This document shows positions 1 through 10,997 of a stretch of 64,000 nt of DNA, in pieces. Position 1 is the first letter of the stretch; every line of letters starts with the position of its first letter. Made by a program: the position numbers and the translations under genes. Under the pieces are notes generated by a model. That model was not told where the DNA came from, searched no databases, and worked only from the letters and a program-made list of their open reading frames with translations. This DNA comes from Phoronis australis (Eukaryota; Animalia; Phoronida), in the NCBI GenBank assembly GCA_002633005.1, contig NMRA01000181.1:320959-384958 (forward strand), given 5' to 3'.

Positions 1-358
1 AATCACCCCGTGACTTGTCGGAATTTTTTGAAACCCTATACATTCAGTATAAATTCAAGCAGAGCTGGAATGTGTGAATGTGAAAGTGAATGTATTTTTG
101 TTTGTTTTCTTTTCTAGTGAATTCCACTGTTAATTTCAGCTTCTGTAAATAAACTTATTAAAAAACAAAAAACAAAAAATAAGTACTTATTGTTGCCAGC
201 CACTTTCATGAAATTCTGTGACTCAGAGTTTGATTTGTAGGCATTCCTGTTAGCCTGTCACTACTTTTGGGGCAACAGGGTACTAAAGTAGTGTAAAGTT
301 TCGTTGTCTTAGAGACTAAGACTCTGATCTTCTTTTTCAACAAAATGAATTGTTGCAG

Positions 359-583
359 GGTGTAATGGAAAGAGTCAATCAAACGCCATTGGCAGCCCGT
401 CAGGAGCAGTGGACAATGGTACGACAGTGACGTACACGTGTAATAGTGGATATATAACCAGGTTGGGGAAGACAAAATACGTTCTCAAGTGCAAGGGAAA
501 TGACATGTGGAACGGCAAAGAGAACCAGTGTGAAAAGAAAACCACGTCTAAGCCAGCTTCTACTTCAGCCGCCCCTTCAAAAG
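359..583 (+). CDS. Sushi/CCP-domain exon of membrane protein paralog 1 (upstream exons outside the window)
   Basis: ttgcag| acceptor and |gtatgc donor; 225 nt, phase 1-1, open: CNGKSQSNAIGSPSGAVDNGTTVTYTCNSGYITRLGKTKYVLKCKGNDMWNGKENQCEKKTTSKPASTSAAPSK. Four Cys with the YxC..GY..C..W..C CCP pattern, then an S/T/P/A stalk. Near-identical exon at 58747-58971. Confidence 0.85.
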
Positions 584-2058
584 GTATGCAGGCCACCTGT
601 ACATGATTGTTCGTTATCTTTGATTATGCAGTTTACGAGGTCGAGGACGATATGTCCGCACGTTTTATGCACAAGTTATCGGCGTACCGGTGTCTCGCCA
701 ACCACATAATTCAGTTCAATATATATCTCTGGTTTCCTGTACTCCCACGTTGATTATATTACTTATGTTCAGTTTGCTTAAAATATTGATGAAAAAATAA
801 TCTTAGTGCACGACGATGTTAAACCATACAGTCGAAGAAATTCTAGGGCTTCCAACACAATTCATCAGAAAAAAAATGATAAAAATTGGTATATTTCGTT
901 CAGTACACTCACTTTCTCAACAAAAGCCCGTCGATGTTAGGTATATGAAGGGCCCGTTCTCCCTTTGATCTCACTGTCTGATCTGCACGCATCTGGTTGA
1001 AACACCGGAGTTTTCATTGCATGCATATACATATTGTTCGGGCACTTCATGTTATTAAAAAAGACGTCTGTTATTAAAACGGACGTCTACCATAATATAC
1101 CACAAACAATGTGTGCAAACGACAATGGAAAGTTGGTTTCATTTTGATCTTGGATCATTTTCAGTATAGATGAACGATATACATAGAACGAACACCAGGT
1201 TTTGTCTCCGATAAGAGTATGTAGACTTCACGACTAGCTGGATATACGTTTGAATAGTTAAGCACAGGTTGAAATAAATTTGCCATCATAATGTTTCCCA
1301 GATATTGTTATTGTAATGATACTAACGTGCATTCACAATCAAGTGCGTGAAAATAACTTTTACCACAGCACACGCGACTGAGGGGAAATCTGCCTCTTCG
1401 ACCACCCGATACACTTTATTCCCAAAGCCATGTCCTGGATCCTTTTACTAGAAATGGAGCTTGAGAATATTTTTGGCAATTTCTATTCTACTTTTGGGTG
1501 AACTATAGATTTGTGTCTGTTAATCTTTGCTCGAAAATATAATGGCTGGCGTAAATAACTTTCTAATGCAAGTTTGCAGTTGATGACACCAACACCAAAG
1601 CTAGGAGTTCGAGTCTTAACTCGAAATTTCGAGTTTGTTCTCGAAATCCTGAGATTGTGCTCGATATTGCAGGTCGAACTTAGGGATCACGAAGCGCGAT
1701 CTTGGATTAAAATCTGATATGCTTACACCACAATGTACTCGAGCACAGAATAATAGATACTTTTCTTCAGTTCACACAAAGGTAAACTAGAAAATCACAA
1801 TAGTAACTTCTAGTCCAAAGATTTGACCAGGGCCCCAGGTCTCGTGTTTTGGAGATGATCAAAACACAGTTTAAGATTCTCAAACTTGTTAACATGACTA
1901 CAGTTTTACGAGAACGTCTAGAAGTACTCCAAAAACCTCGACTACCAATGACCCTCTAGTAAATCTCGGGCACACTTGGGGAAATTACTAAAAAACTCCA
2001 AGACGGCTGCGCACGGGGTACTACTTGCTTTTGATGACCGGTATTTCAAGAAACTGTC

Positions 2059-2881
2059 GGATTGCTGTAAGCCCCCCACACCCCACAAATCCCTCAACCC
2101 TCGACCCACAACCCCTCAAACCACGATCTGTGACAATAGATGTATCTTCGCGATTTTTACACGTCCCGCAATCACATTACATGTACATCAGTGCGTGACT
2201 TTCCCATGAGACTTACCTACACGCAAATCTGCTCTGGCTCAAGTGTAGCGGTTAAAAACAGAAAGTGGCGTAAGAACAGCGGATCGTAAGCGTGCTATCG
2301 TTGACACGGAAATAGTTCCACGAGCGGCTACCAATGGCCTTGTTCTACTAAATTTAGGGAGATCGTGCGTTATTGTGAATATAAGTAATTTTACATTTTT
2401 ATTATTTGCTTTCTGTTGTACACAGGTTTACAATATACATATTTTAGTAAACAGTTTGTTTTCAAAAAGTATTTAGTGAAGCAATTACATATTTGTTGGT
2501 TCCTTGCACTCTCCCCAAAAAAGCTTGAATCTGCCATTCACTGAAGAGCAGACGAGACGATTACACTCTGTCGGTAATGAAAATTTGTAACGTTGGTTGG
2601 TCTTAGATTTGATTTGATCGCGTTGTTTTTTTCTGCCTTTGGTTTAAAAACTTGATGAATCGACTCTCCTAATTCTAAGAAACAGGGGAAAGCCAGTTAG
2701 CACACGGACAGACTCGTTGGTCCTGTAAGTCAGCGCTTGTTCTATGTTCAAATCGAGTTGAGCTTGTATAGAGTAGGTCGAGGGGGAGTCGTGAGTCGAG
2801 GGGGTCGTGGGTCGTGGGTTATGGGGGTTGTGGGTCTAGGCGATTGTGGGATGTGGGGGTCGCGGGGCTTCATAACAATAA
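2059..2881. mobile_element. Mutator-like non-autonomous element (MITE) in the last intron of paralog 1
   Basis: Imperfect inverted ends (ggattgctgtaagcccc / ggggcttcataacaataa) with C-rich and G-rich subterminal repeats; 9-bp near-duplication gaaactgtc/gatactgtc; absent from the paralogous intron near 59425. A similar end occurs at ~38338. Confidence 0.55.
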
Positions 2882-3176
2882 GATACTGTCTCTTAGCAGA
2901 CCGTTCACATGAACAGCAAAATCCTAAATTTAACTCGGACGAAAATGCAAGCATGTTGAAAGACAAGCCGGAATCCGAGAAGGGATAATTCTCGCCAGAA
3001 ATTAGTTTGTTTCATTGTCAGCTGAGTCCTTTTATGCAAAAATTGATGTCAAAACTGTTCTCTGCCATAAGTTGGTCGATTTGCATTCAAATACACGCGT
3101 GGGCATAAAGATATGCCTTGCTAGACTGGCATTCGATTCAAAATTCATTGACGTGCTCTTTTTCATCCATTGTCAG

Positions 3177-3484
3177 CTGACGGCTCCCTAACGACTATTC
3201 TGATTGCCTGCGGTTGCGCTGCTTTCGTCATCATTTGCGTCATTGTCGGCACATGTATTGTCATGAAGAAGAAGAAGAAGCAGCAAGCACCCGAGGGCCT
3301 TCTCAAACAACCGTCGGTCAAGTATAAGGGTCAAGCGGGCAACCAGGGTATACAAGCTGCAGGCTTCCCAGTTGTGACCACCGTAGGTGCAGTATCCAGC
3401 GAGTTCCCGTCTACCTATAGCGCTTCGTCCGCCGCATCGACTGAGGCTACGTCCGTGTCTACTGACGATGAGTCAGTGGTCTAA
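3177..3484 (+). CDS. Terminal exon of paralog 1: TM helix, poly-Lys stop-transfer and cytoplasmic tail ending DESVV
   Basis: tgtcag| acceptor, phase 1 matches the Sushi exon; (A)DGSLTTILIACGCAAFVIICVIVGTCIVMKKKKK...STDDESVV*; homologous to 59693-60000. Confidence 0.85.
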
Positions 3485-3967
3485 AAACATGGGTTACTGA
3501 TGTAATACTGCCGTTAAGTGACATTCCACTTTACGGTGTTTATTTAGGACTCCACTAGAGGATCTTAGAACATTTCCGAACTTTTTGAGGTGGTTTTCCA
3601 GTTAAGATCCCCTAGTGGATTTTATTTTATACTTTTTATGTTTATTTATCTTTTATACTCAACTGTAATCTGTACTGTTTGACACTGCTGCGTCCGCTTG
3701 TCCTTGGTTGATAGAGTTTTACCAAAACGAGAAGTTCAAACTATTGTTTATACTTCTAAAACTGACTTAGCTCACAAATTTGTGCGAAAACCCCCATGTT
3801 GATTTATAGTTTCTTTTGGGGGAAATTCACGAAGGCAACGCTTTTGGACATAAAATTATCTTCAGTTACAGGAACAAAGGGTTTGTTTGGCCATAATGCC
3901 AATCATCATACTACTTAATCTTGTTTTCTGTTACTCATCCATCCGTACAGTAACACATTTAGTTTAA

Positions 3968-5504
3968 AGGAGAATGCCACCCGATTTAATTAGTCTTTTT
4001 TGCCGTCTTAATCGGTCTATATCCACATTGCCTCGCATACGGTCGACCTTACCTTGCCAAGAGGTGTCGCATTAACCTGTGAGGAAGGTGAGAAACGACG
4101 CTAGCGACGTCAGTGGTTCATATGCAGAGTGAATGCCGCTATGTTGCGGTGTATCTTTCCCTCTTGTCCGAACTAAGCAGCCGCGAGGAAAGCTGGTATA
4201 TCGTTTTTTTTTTAATTCCTCGAGAGTCCGAAATGCTTAGGAAGTGGCTCATGGTAGTGAAGAATGAAATGTACGCTGTAAATAGCAAGTATGAGGCCGT
4301 GAAACATCTCCGAGTCTGTGGCCTGCAGACGTCAACAATGCCTGACGAATGCCGGCTTACCAAGTAACTCCATACGTTCCGTTGTCTGAGCTTGTTCACG
4401 GCGCCTATCTTGTATTTCTTCATAACTGTATTCCTGTTCGAATTGATAGCCTGTAAATCTTAACGATCCACCTGCGAAGTCGGAACTGATGAGCTCTAGC
4501 TCGTCTTAAGTGATTTGAGAAGCCAGCAATGAATAAATCACTGCATCACCGGCTTTAGGTGCAATGAAACTAAATGACGGGACACCGAGGCCGTTTGAGC
4601 TCATGCTAAGTTAGTGTTTGCTGGTAGAAACTGTTGTGAAACAACTCGATTTCCATCCCACGGCCAGGAGTTAGGGGAATCTTTATTTACAATTACATTA
4701 CTCAAATAATGATTGTCAATGTACAACTTCTGCCCTGACGGTGCCTGTGGCCAAAGCGGAACCTGAATTCGGCGGCCCCCGACGAGTAAGTAGATTTGCA
4801 GTTTCGTGGCGAATTCACCAATAGAATCACGTGCACACTGCTTTGGCTACTAGTACAGTATTTTCTTAACTGGAAGTTTAGTTTCCACTGAACTTTGGCT
4901 GGTTTATGTTCGTGATGTCTGATCAGTTTCCGAGCCACTGGCCGGGATAACGACTGAGTCAATCCGGGCCCGGCCGCGACGGGCCTGATCGAGCTCCGAG
5001 CCACTGGCCAGGATAACAAGCGTTTTGTGTTTAGAAATAAAAAATCACAAGTCTAAACAACACAAATGTAGGTTCTCCTGTCTGTATCTCACGGAAAATA
5101 CTTCGAAATTATCTCCGAACAGACCCCAAACTCCTGCTACGGACCGTCCTTATTGGCCTGCCGAACTTTGTAGGCTACGGTGTGTCCAAATACCTATAAA
5201 TCCGTAAGAGCGAAATAAAACAACACGTTTTTATAAGATTTCGGTGTATTTTTAAGGGTTTTACATCGAAGTTTGATAATTTATTGGTGTTAAACGATGA
5301 CTTCAAGCGATAAGCTGACACCAGAAACCCGTGTTGTGAACTGCTGAACAGACTGCGTGTGAAACCGATGACGTCATTGGATAATTTCAACACCTCCGTC
5401 TGCCGTCAGGTGTCAGGTAACGCAACCGTACGGATCGTTATGGAGTAGAACTACTCGATCTAAATTGATACAAATTAGGTTGTTTTTTGGGGTGGCATGC
5501 TCCT
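3968..5504 (+). mobile_element. Kolobok-type non-autonomous DNA transposon with decayed THAP domain (copy 1)
   Basis: TTAA on both sides (3964-3967, 5505-5508); TIR AGGAGAATGCCACCC / GGGTGGCATGCTCCT; THAP remnant LRKWLMVVKNEMYAVNSKYEAVKHLRVCG similar to the ORF at 43235-43741; other copies at 8413 (inverted) and 30060. Confidence 0.8.
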
Positions 5505-5508
5505 TTAA

Positions 5509-6276
5509 AGGGGTTTGACATAGTTTCAAGTTATCGCCGAATTTTTAATTTTCAAGATTTGATTTTGCTGACTACAAATCTGCAAAACGTGCGAGGTTCA
5601 CGGAAACAGGTTATTTTCGTTACAGTCGTGTAAGCAGTGACATCATGTGTTGCAAAAGTGTGAAATTCCTATGTGTTAGTGAAAAGGCATATCAAATAAA
5701 TTTAATGATCGAAATTCTTTTGAAAACGGGAAAAATTCCTTGCACGATGTTAATTTTGTGTTTAATTTTCGTCTCTCTGTGTAGATTAACGTTTTCCCTG
5801 GATTCTAAGTAGCTCAGATTTTAGCGTTTTGGCTTCTACACAATAATTGTGTCCTTATTCTTTTATTTCTCTGATTTGTTTTGGATTCAATAGTGTGTCC
5901 TATGAAATCAGAAAGAATTAGAAGATGACTGACATTTGAACTATTTCATCTCAAACAGTGTCACATAAGAATGGTGGATTTGATCTCAAGAGCGTGACAA
6001 TTTCAAGATCAAAATAAATTAAGCTGGTGAATTTCATTAGTTGGTGATTATGTTACGTTGTTATGAAGCAATCTTTAGTTGTTATTAAATGTATTCAAAT
6101 TTGCCCTTTATGAAACTTGACATCGTGCGCTGTTATTATAACGGTATAATACCAAAAATTCAAAGCAAAATGAACAGTCTTCAACTAAACAATATACGTT
6201 AGTTGATATAATGAGCAGTGTTCAAGTGTCGTAACACCGATTGTTTATGGCATTTTGCAAACTTTGACTAACCTCT
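5509..6276. mobile_element. Second Kolobok-like non-autonomous element sharing a TTAA with the previous one
   Basis: TTAA-AGGGGTTTGACATAGTTT ... AAACTTTGACTAACCTCT-TTAA: imperfect 18-bp TIR, RR..YY termini, TTAA flanks. Confidence 0.6.
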
Positions 6277-7539
6277 TTAAGTTGTACCATATTGGTGGGC
6301 AGAAGTAATCATATCTGTCAAGCATTGGGTAAATAATGAAGAAATCAAGGCGTTTTACAGAGCGGTCAAAAAGCACAGCAAGTGAGGAAGCCTACTTAAA
6401 AACTAAGCGAATGTCGAAAATATTTCGCAATACATGTACTGTTTGCCTTCTAAACAAAATATTTCGCTGAATTCTTAGATTTGTTTAATTTCCATTCCGG
6501 GTGTTGCTTCACATTGTGTATTGCCATTACACAAGTTCTGCGCCAAACCAGCATCATCTCCGCCAGCTGAGATTACTGCAGTATCAGAAGTTAAGTCTAT
6601 TACAACCGCATTAAATAGTTCTCGGGGAGCTCAGACCTTCACTCATCTGCTGCCGACATTTAAATGCATTTATATTTTTCCAAGTTCAAGTTCTGCTCCA
6701 GCGTATAATTGCTATGTACGGATATGACGATTTTAAGTAATTATTGCATCTAAGCGGCCACTGCGACAGACGGTTGTACGGCCAGTGAGAAGTCAGGGAC
6801 AGCAATGAAAATAATACCGCCGCACAGTTTTAACTAAAGGGAGGCAATAGTCTAACATCCACACGGTTCGAGATGTGTTTGCCTGGTTTTATTTTTATTT
6901 TCTATTTTTAAAGGGGGTGGGGTTTCGCCGAAACCTCAAATCATATGGCGGCAGGTGAGCGAGTATGCATACCCATAATGCATGACACAGCTGTCGTTCA
7001 CTGTACGGTCATTTTAGGTGGTGGTGCACACCCAGAAATAAAAGCTAAACTGAAAACTTCACATTAAATTCAGTTAACTTTGAAAATTTTTGGAGTTGTG
7101 TTTAATAAACAATATTTGGGCTTAAGTTTCGACTGAACTAGCTTGCGTTAAATTCCGCGTTATGAAGATTAAACCTAAACGAAACAAAATGACGGCAACC
7201 CTCCGCCTACTACATAACAGAAGTGAACATAATGACCTGAGACGATAAAAATACCTACTTGAGACGATATACTGTAGCAGACGCGTTCGAGGCAGTACCC
7301 CACCATGGAACTGTAAACAAGGAATGGCAATTTCGAGCTTGCGCTGCTGAGGTTACGCTGCGTATGCGCGGAATTTGTGTGTACTGCTTTGTTCCGTTGG
7401 TGCTTCTTGTTATGGAATATAAGGCGTATGGCGGAATGTTTTTAGTAGAAACAAATTAAGTTTAGAGTTTCTTTTATATTTTGGAATACTTTGCAGTCTA
7501 GTGGTACCAAACATTGTCAAACAGAGATGTCGCGACGTA

Positions 7540-7795
7540 TAAGAAACGAGTCTCATTTGCATATATTAGTGGTTCAAAGAAGAGTATTATGCCTGAGAAG
7601 AGGCGTCTTTTGGAAGGGTAAAACGTTTCATTTTCAAAGCATCCCAGTGCCATTAATATGCAGTCTTTGGGGACCAAAGTGGTGTCAATGCTTGGATTGC
7701 AGACAACTTGAACATTTGCTTTTGAAGTCACGTTTGAAAGCACGTTAAAATGCGCCAAAACAGTTGTCCCTTCCTGGTTATCTCTTCCTGATAAC
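7540..7795 (+). repeat. Interspersed repeat, probably a DNA transposon end; other copies at ~28402-28705 (inverted) and ~34011-34038
   Basis: Shared blocks gtgccattaatatgcagtctttggggaccaaagtggtgtca and gttgtcccttcctggttatctcttcctg recur at those positions. Confidence 0.65.
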
Positions 7796-8412
7796 AGTAA
7801 TATAATTAGAAAGCTCTTCATCTATTCTTCAGGATGATGTATGGTTAAACTAGAACAAAAGAAAAGGAATTTACTTAATAATTAATAATCACTTGGCAAA
7901 CCTTGCATGTTAAAAAAATATTTTTTATTCTAAAGACCTATAGCGTTACCACAAACAGGATAAAGTGAAAATGAACCAGCGAGGTTATGTAAGTAAAAAA
8001 GCAGTAAGCGCGTCTATTGATTAAAATTCAAAACTGAAAAGCAGCCTATGGGGAGTGTGAAAATCCGACTGCCGCTATCCCAGTCGAATGATTGTGAGTA
8101 GAACTTATTCCGTTTATAAAACTAACAAAACCCAAGAAACTAGTAGTGCTACGTCTCATTTTCCAACCGGCGTGTATTGGTGATTCTTACCCGTTGTTAT
8201 TACAATGAACAATTAACAACGCACCTAATTTTTATAGCTGACTTCTCATGTTTGGGAATTAGGAAACAAAGGTAAGTGTCAGTGGCAACTGCTGCCTATT
8301 TGTGGGAACATTCTGTCCCTCCCATTTTAGACCCCGAGGATTTTAAAAACCTAGGACTGTTGCTCCTCGAAAAAACTAAGTTTGTCTTTGTTTGAAAGGC
8401 AAAATCGGTTAA

Positions 8413-10345
8413 AAGAGAATGCCACCCCAAAACAACCTATTTTGTATCAATTTGGATCGAGTACTTCCACTCGATAACAGCAAGTACAGTTCTTTTACCT
8501 GACGGCAGACGGAGGTGTTGAAATCAACCAATGACGTCAGAGGTTCGAAAGCAGTCTGTTCAGCAGTTCACAACACGCTCACTGGTGTCCGCTTATCGCT
8601 TGAATTCATCGTTTTGCACCAATAAATCATCACAATTCGTTGTAGAATCATTACAGATATACAATATAGACAGGCAAACGTAGCTGCGTATTGTTATTTT
8701 AGATTTGCAATTTTTTTCAGTTCTAAACACACAAAACACTTGCTATTCCTGCCATTGGCTCGGAACCCGATCAGGCCCATCGCGGCCGGACTGAAGACAT
8801 CTCGAACATAAACCAGCGAAACTTGGACAATAAACTTCCAGTTAAGAAAAAATTATAATACTAGTGAGCCAAAGAAAAAATGTGCACGCTGATAATTTTG
8901 GTGAACTAGTCGCGAAACTGCAAACCTACTTACTAGCTCCTTGGGGCTGCAAAGTCAGGCTACCGTTCCACGGAACCGCCAGGGCAAAACTCTACAGTAA
9001 CAATGATTCGAATAATGTATATGGATATCTAAATAAAGACTCCCTAACATCTAACCATAGGGTATAAAATAGAGTTATTGTTTCACAACAGCTTTCTGTC
9101 GGCAAACCCCGATATAGCATGCGCTCACACTGCCTCGGTGCCCGGTCAGTTAGCGGTTTATTACATCCAAAACTGGTAACTTTATTCATTACTGGCTTCT
9201 CGAAACATTTCCACACACGAACACTCCAAGGCATTACAAATTGTATGGAATGAGACAGATTTTGTTTCAGTTTTATATCAACATTGGTGAGGGTAATAAT
9301 AATTCATTTTCAAACAAAACGAACAATATAAACGCCAACGTGGCAACTCGCAATCCCGACTTAGACGAGTACTCATTCCAAAGGTCGATTGTTAGGTTTC
9401 ACAGGAATACATGTACACTGATCAAGAAATAATACAGAGCCTCCGTGAAGGTGCACAGACAACGGAACAAGGAATAGTCCCGAAAACAGTTTGAAAGACT
9501 TGTCATGGTGTCAGCGAGCTAACTGCACGATAATGGAACGGCGCTTGCGTTTGCTGCCCCAAATTCCGCAAGTGAAACGAATTCTTGTAGAAGCGCAGAT
9601 GTGTCTCAAGGACCGTCCTGATTTTGCTACTCATCTCGAAAGGTGTGCTTACGACGGTTTTTAGGGCTGAGAAAAGGAACTGGCGAAAACATCCTACACC
9701 CGGAGGACCAAACAAAAGCCTAATGAACGAGTCAGTCACCATAAAACGTTATGTTCTCACACCTTGAATTAATTGTAATTGTTTATGTTTTCATGGCCAA
9801 CTACAGTTCTCCATAATCAAAAAGCTGATCAACAACCGATCCGACGAAATGCAGACCACTGACACACTGAGAAGTTTCACGGCCTCATACTTGGTATTAA
9901 CGGCGTACTTTTCTTTCTTCACTACCGCAAGTCACTTCCAATTCATTATGGGCTCTCGAGAAAATCGAAAAAACGACATACCCGTGTAACAGAGCAAGTC
10001 TCCACTGAACATCAAAATGTATATTTCATCTCATCAGGTATACGTTTCAGTTCAGTTATGCATGATAACGACCAATTTTCATGAAGGCAGAGGAAGGAAA
10101 CACCCTTCTCCTAAGCCTGTCGCTAGCGAAGCTGTCTGACACATACAGTCGCACCTGCATGCCCACTTAACAAAGTTGTACTGAGACGCAACAAAGACAT
10201 TAGCATAAGAATAACTGAACATTTGCAACTAAATAAACGTAAAGTTACGAACGTCCCGTCACACCCGCTTTCCTCGCAGCTTTATAGTTCGTACAAGAGG
10301 GAACGATACAACACGCCATAGTGTCACTCACTCTGCCGAAGAACC
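8413..10345 (-). mobile_element. Inverted, more diverged copy of the Kolobok/THAP element
   Basis: TTAA-AAGAGAATGCCACCCC terminus; colinear reverse-complement similarity to 3968-5504 and 30060-32019; THAP start MACCIVPSCTNYKAARKAG at ~10260-10319; far terminus not recognisable. Confidence 0.7.
9985..10263. mobile_element. Solo LTR (Gypsy-like) inserted in the THAP remnant
   Basis: TGTAAC...GTCACA termini, 4-bp TSD CCCG on both sides, internal AATAAA at ~10232; removing it rejoins the THAP sequence. Confidence 0.7.
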
Positions 10346-10997
10346 GCAATTTTTGTTTAATGTAGAACGAAATCTCAAAAAATACTATTACCGTTTTGGA
10401 CAGTATTATTTCCTTTATAGCAATATTATTGGTAAACATTTTTTGAAGAATAGTGCATACATATAGATTCTTACATGGCGAAGTCGTTATCCCCCGTTAT
10501 CTAGAGCCCGAGTGGATTTTGGAGAATTATCGCCACTGTAGCCGAAATTGCTTGCTTCCAACTAAATTTAGAATTTTATAACTCTAGTTCATGGCGGCAA
10601 ATGTTCCTGCTAAAGTATTGTGTGAACTCCAATCGTCATGGAAATCTAATACGCAGTATTAGAAATAAACAAAAAATGAACGGTTTCACTCAAAACATTG
10701 ACCAAAACACAGATGGCGCTGCAGGAGGCTTTAATGAAACAAAATGCAACGCATGTACAGACACACGGCAACATTTTTTCAAATAACCACGCGTTAACTT
10801 CAAAGGAGGGATTACAGGTAACTGATACATGAAAATTAAGATCCGAATATTTATCAGAGAGGGAACTCTTTTTTGCAGAAAACAAACAGCAACAAAAACA
10901 GGAGAAAACAGCAAAATGAGCGCTTAGAATATTTAACTTTTAGATATTGAACTTAAAATTTCTAACATATACATACAATATTCATGAAAAAGTTACA

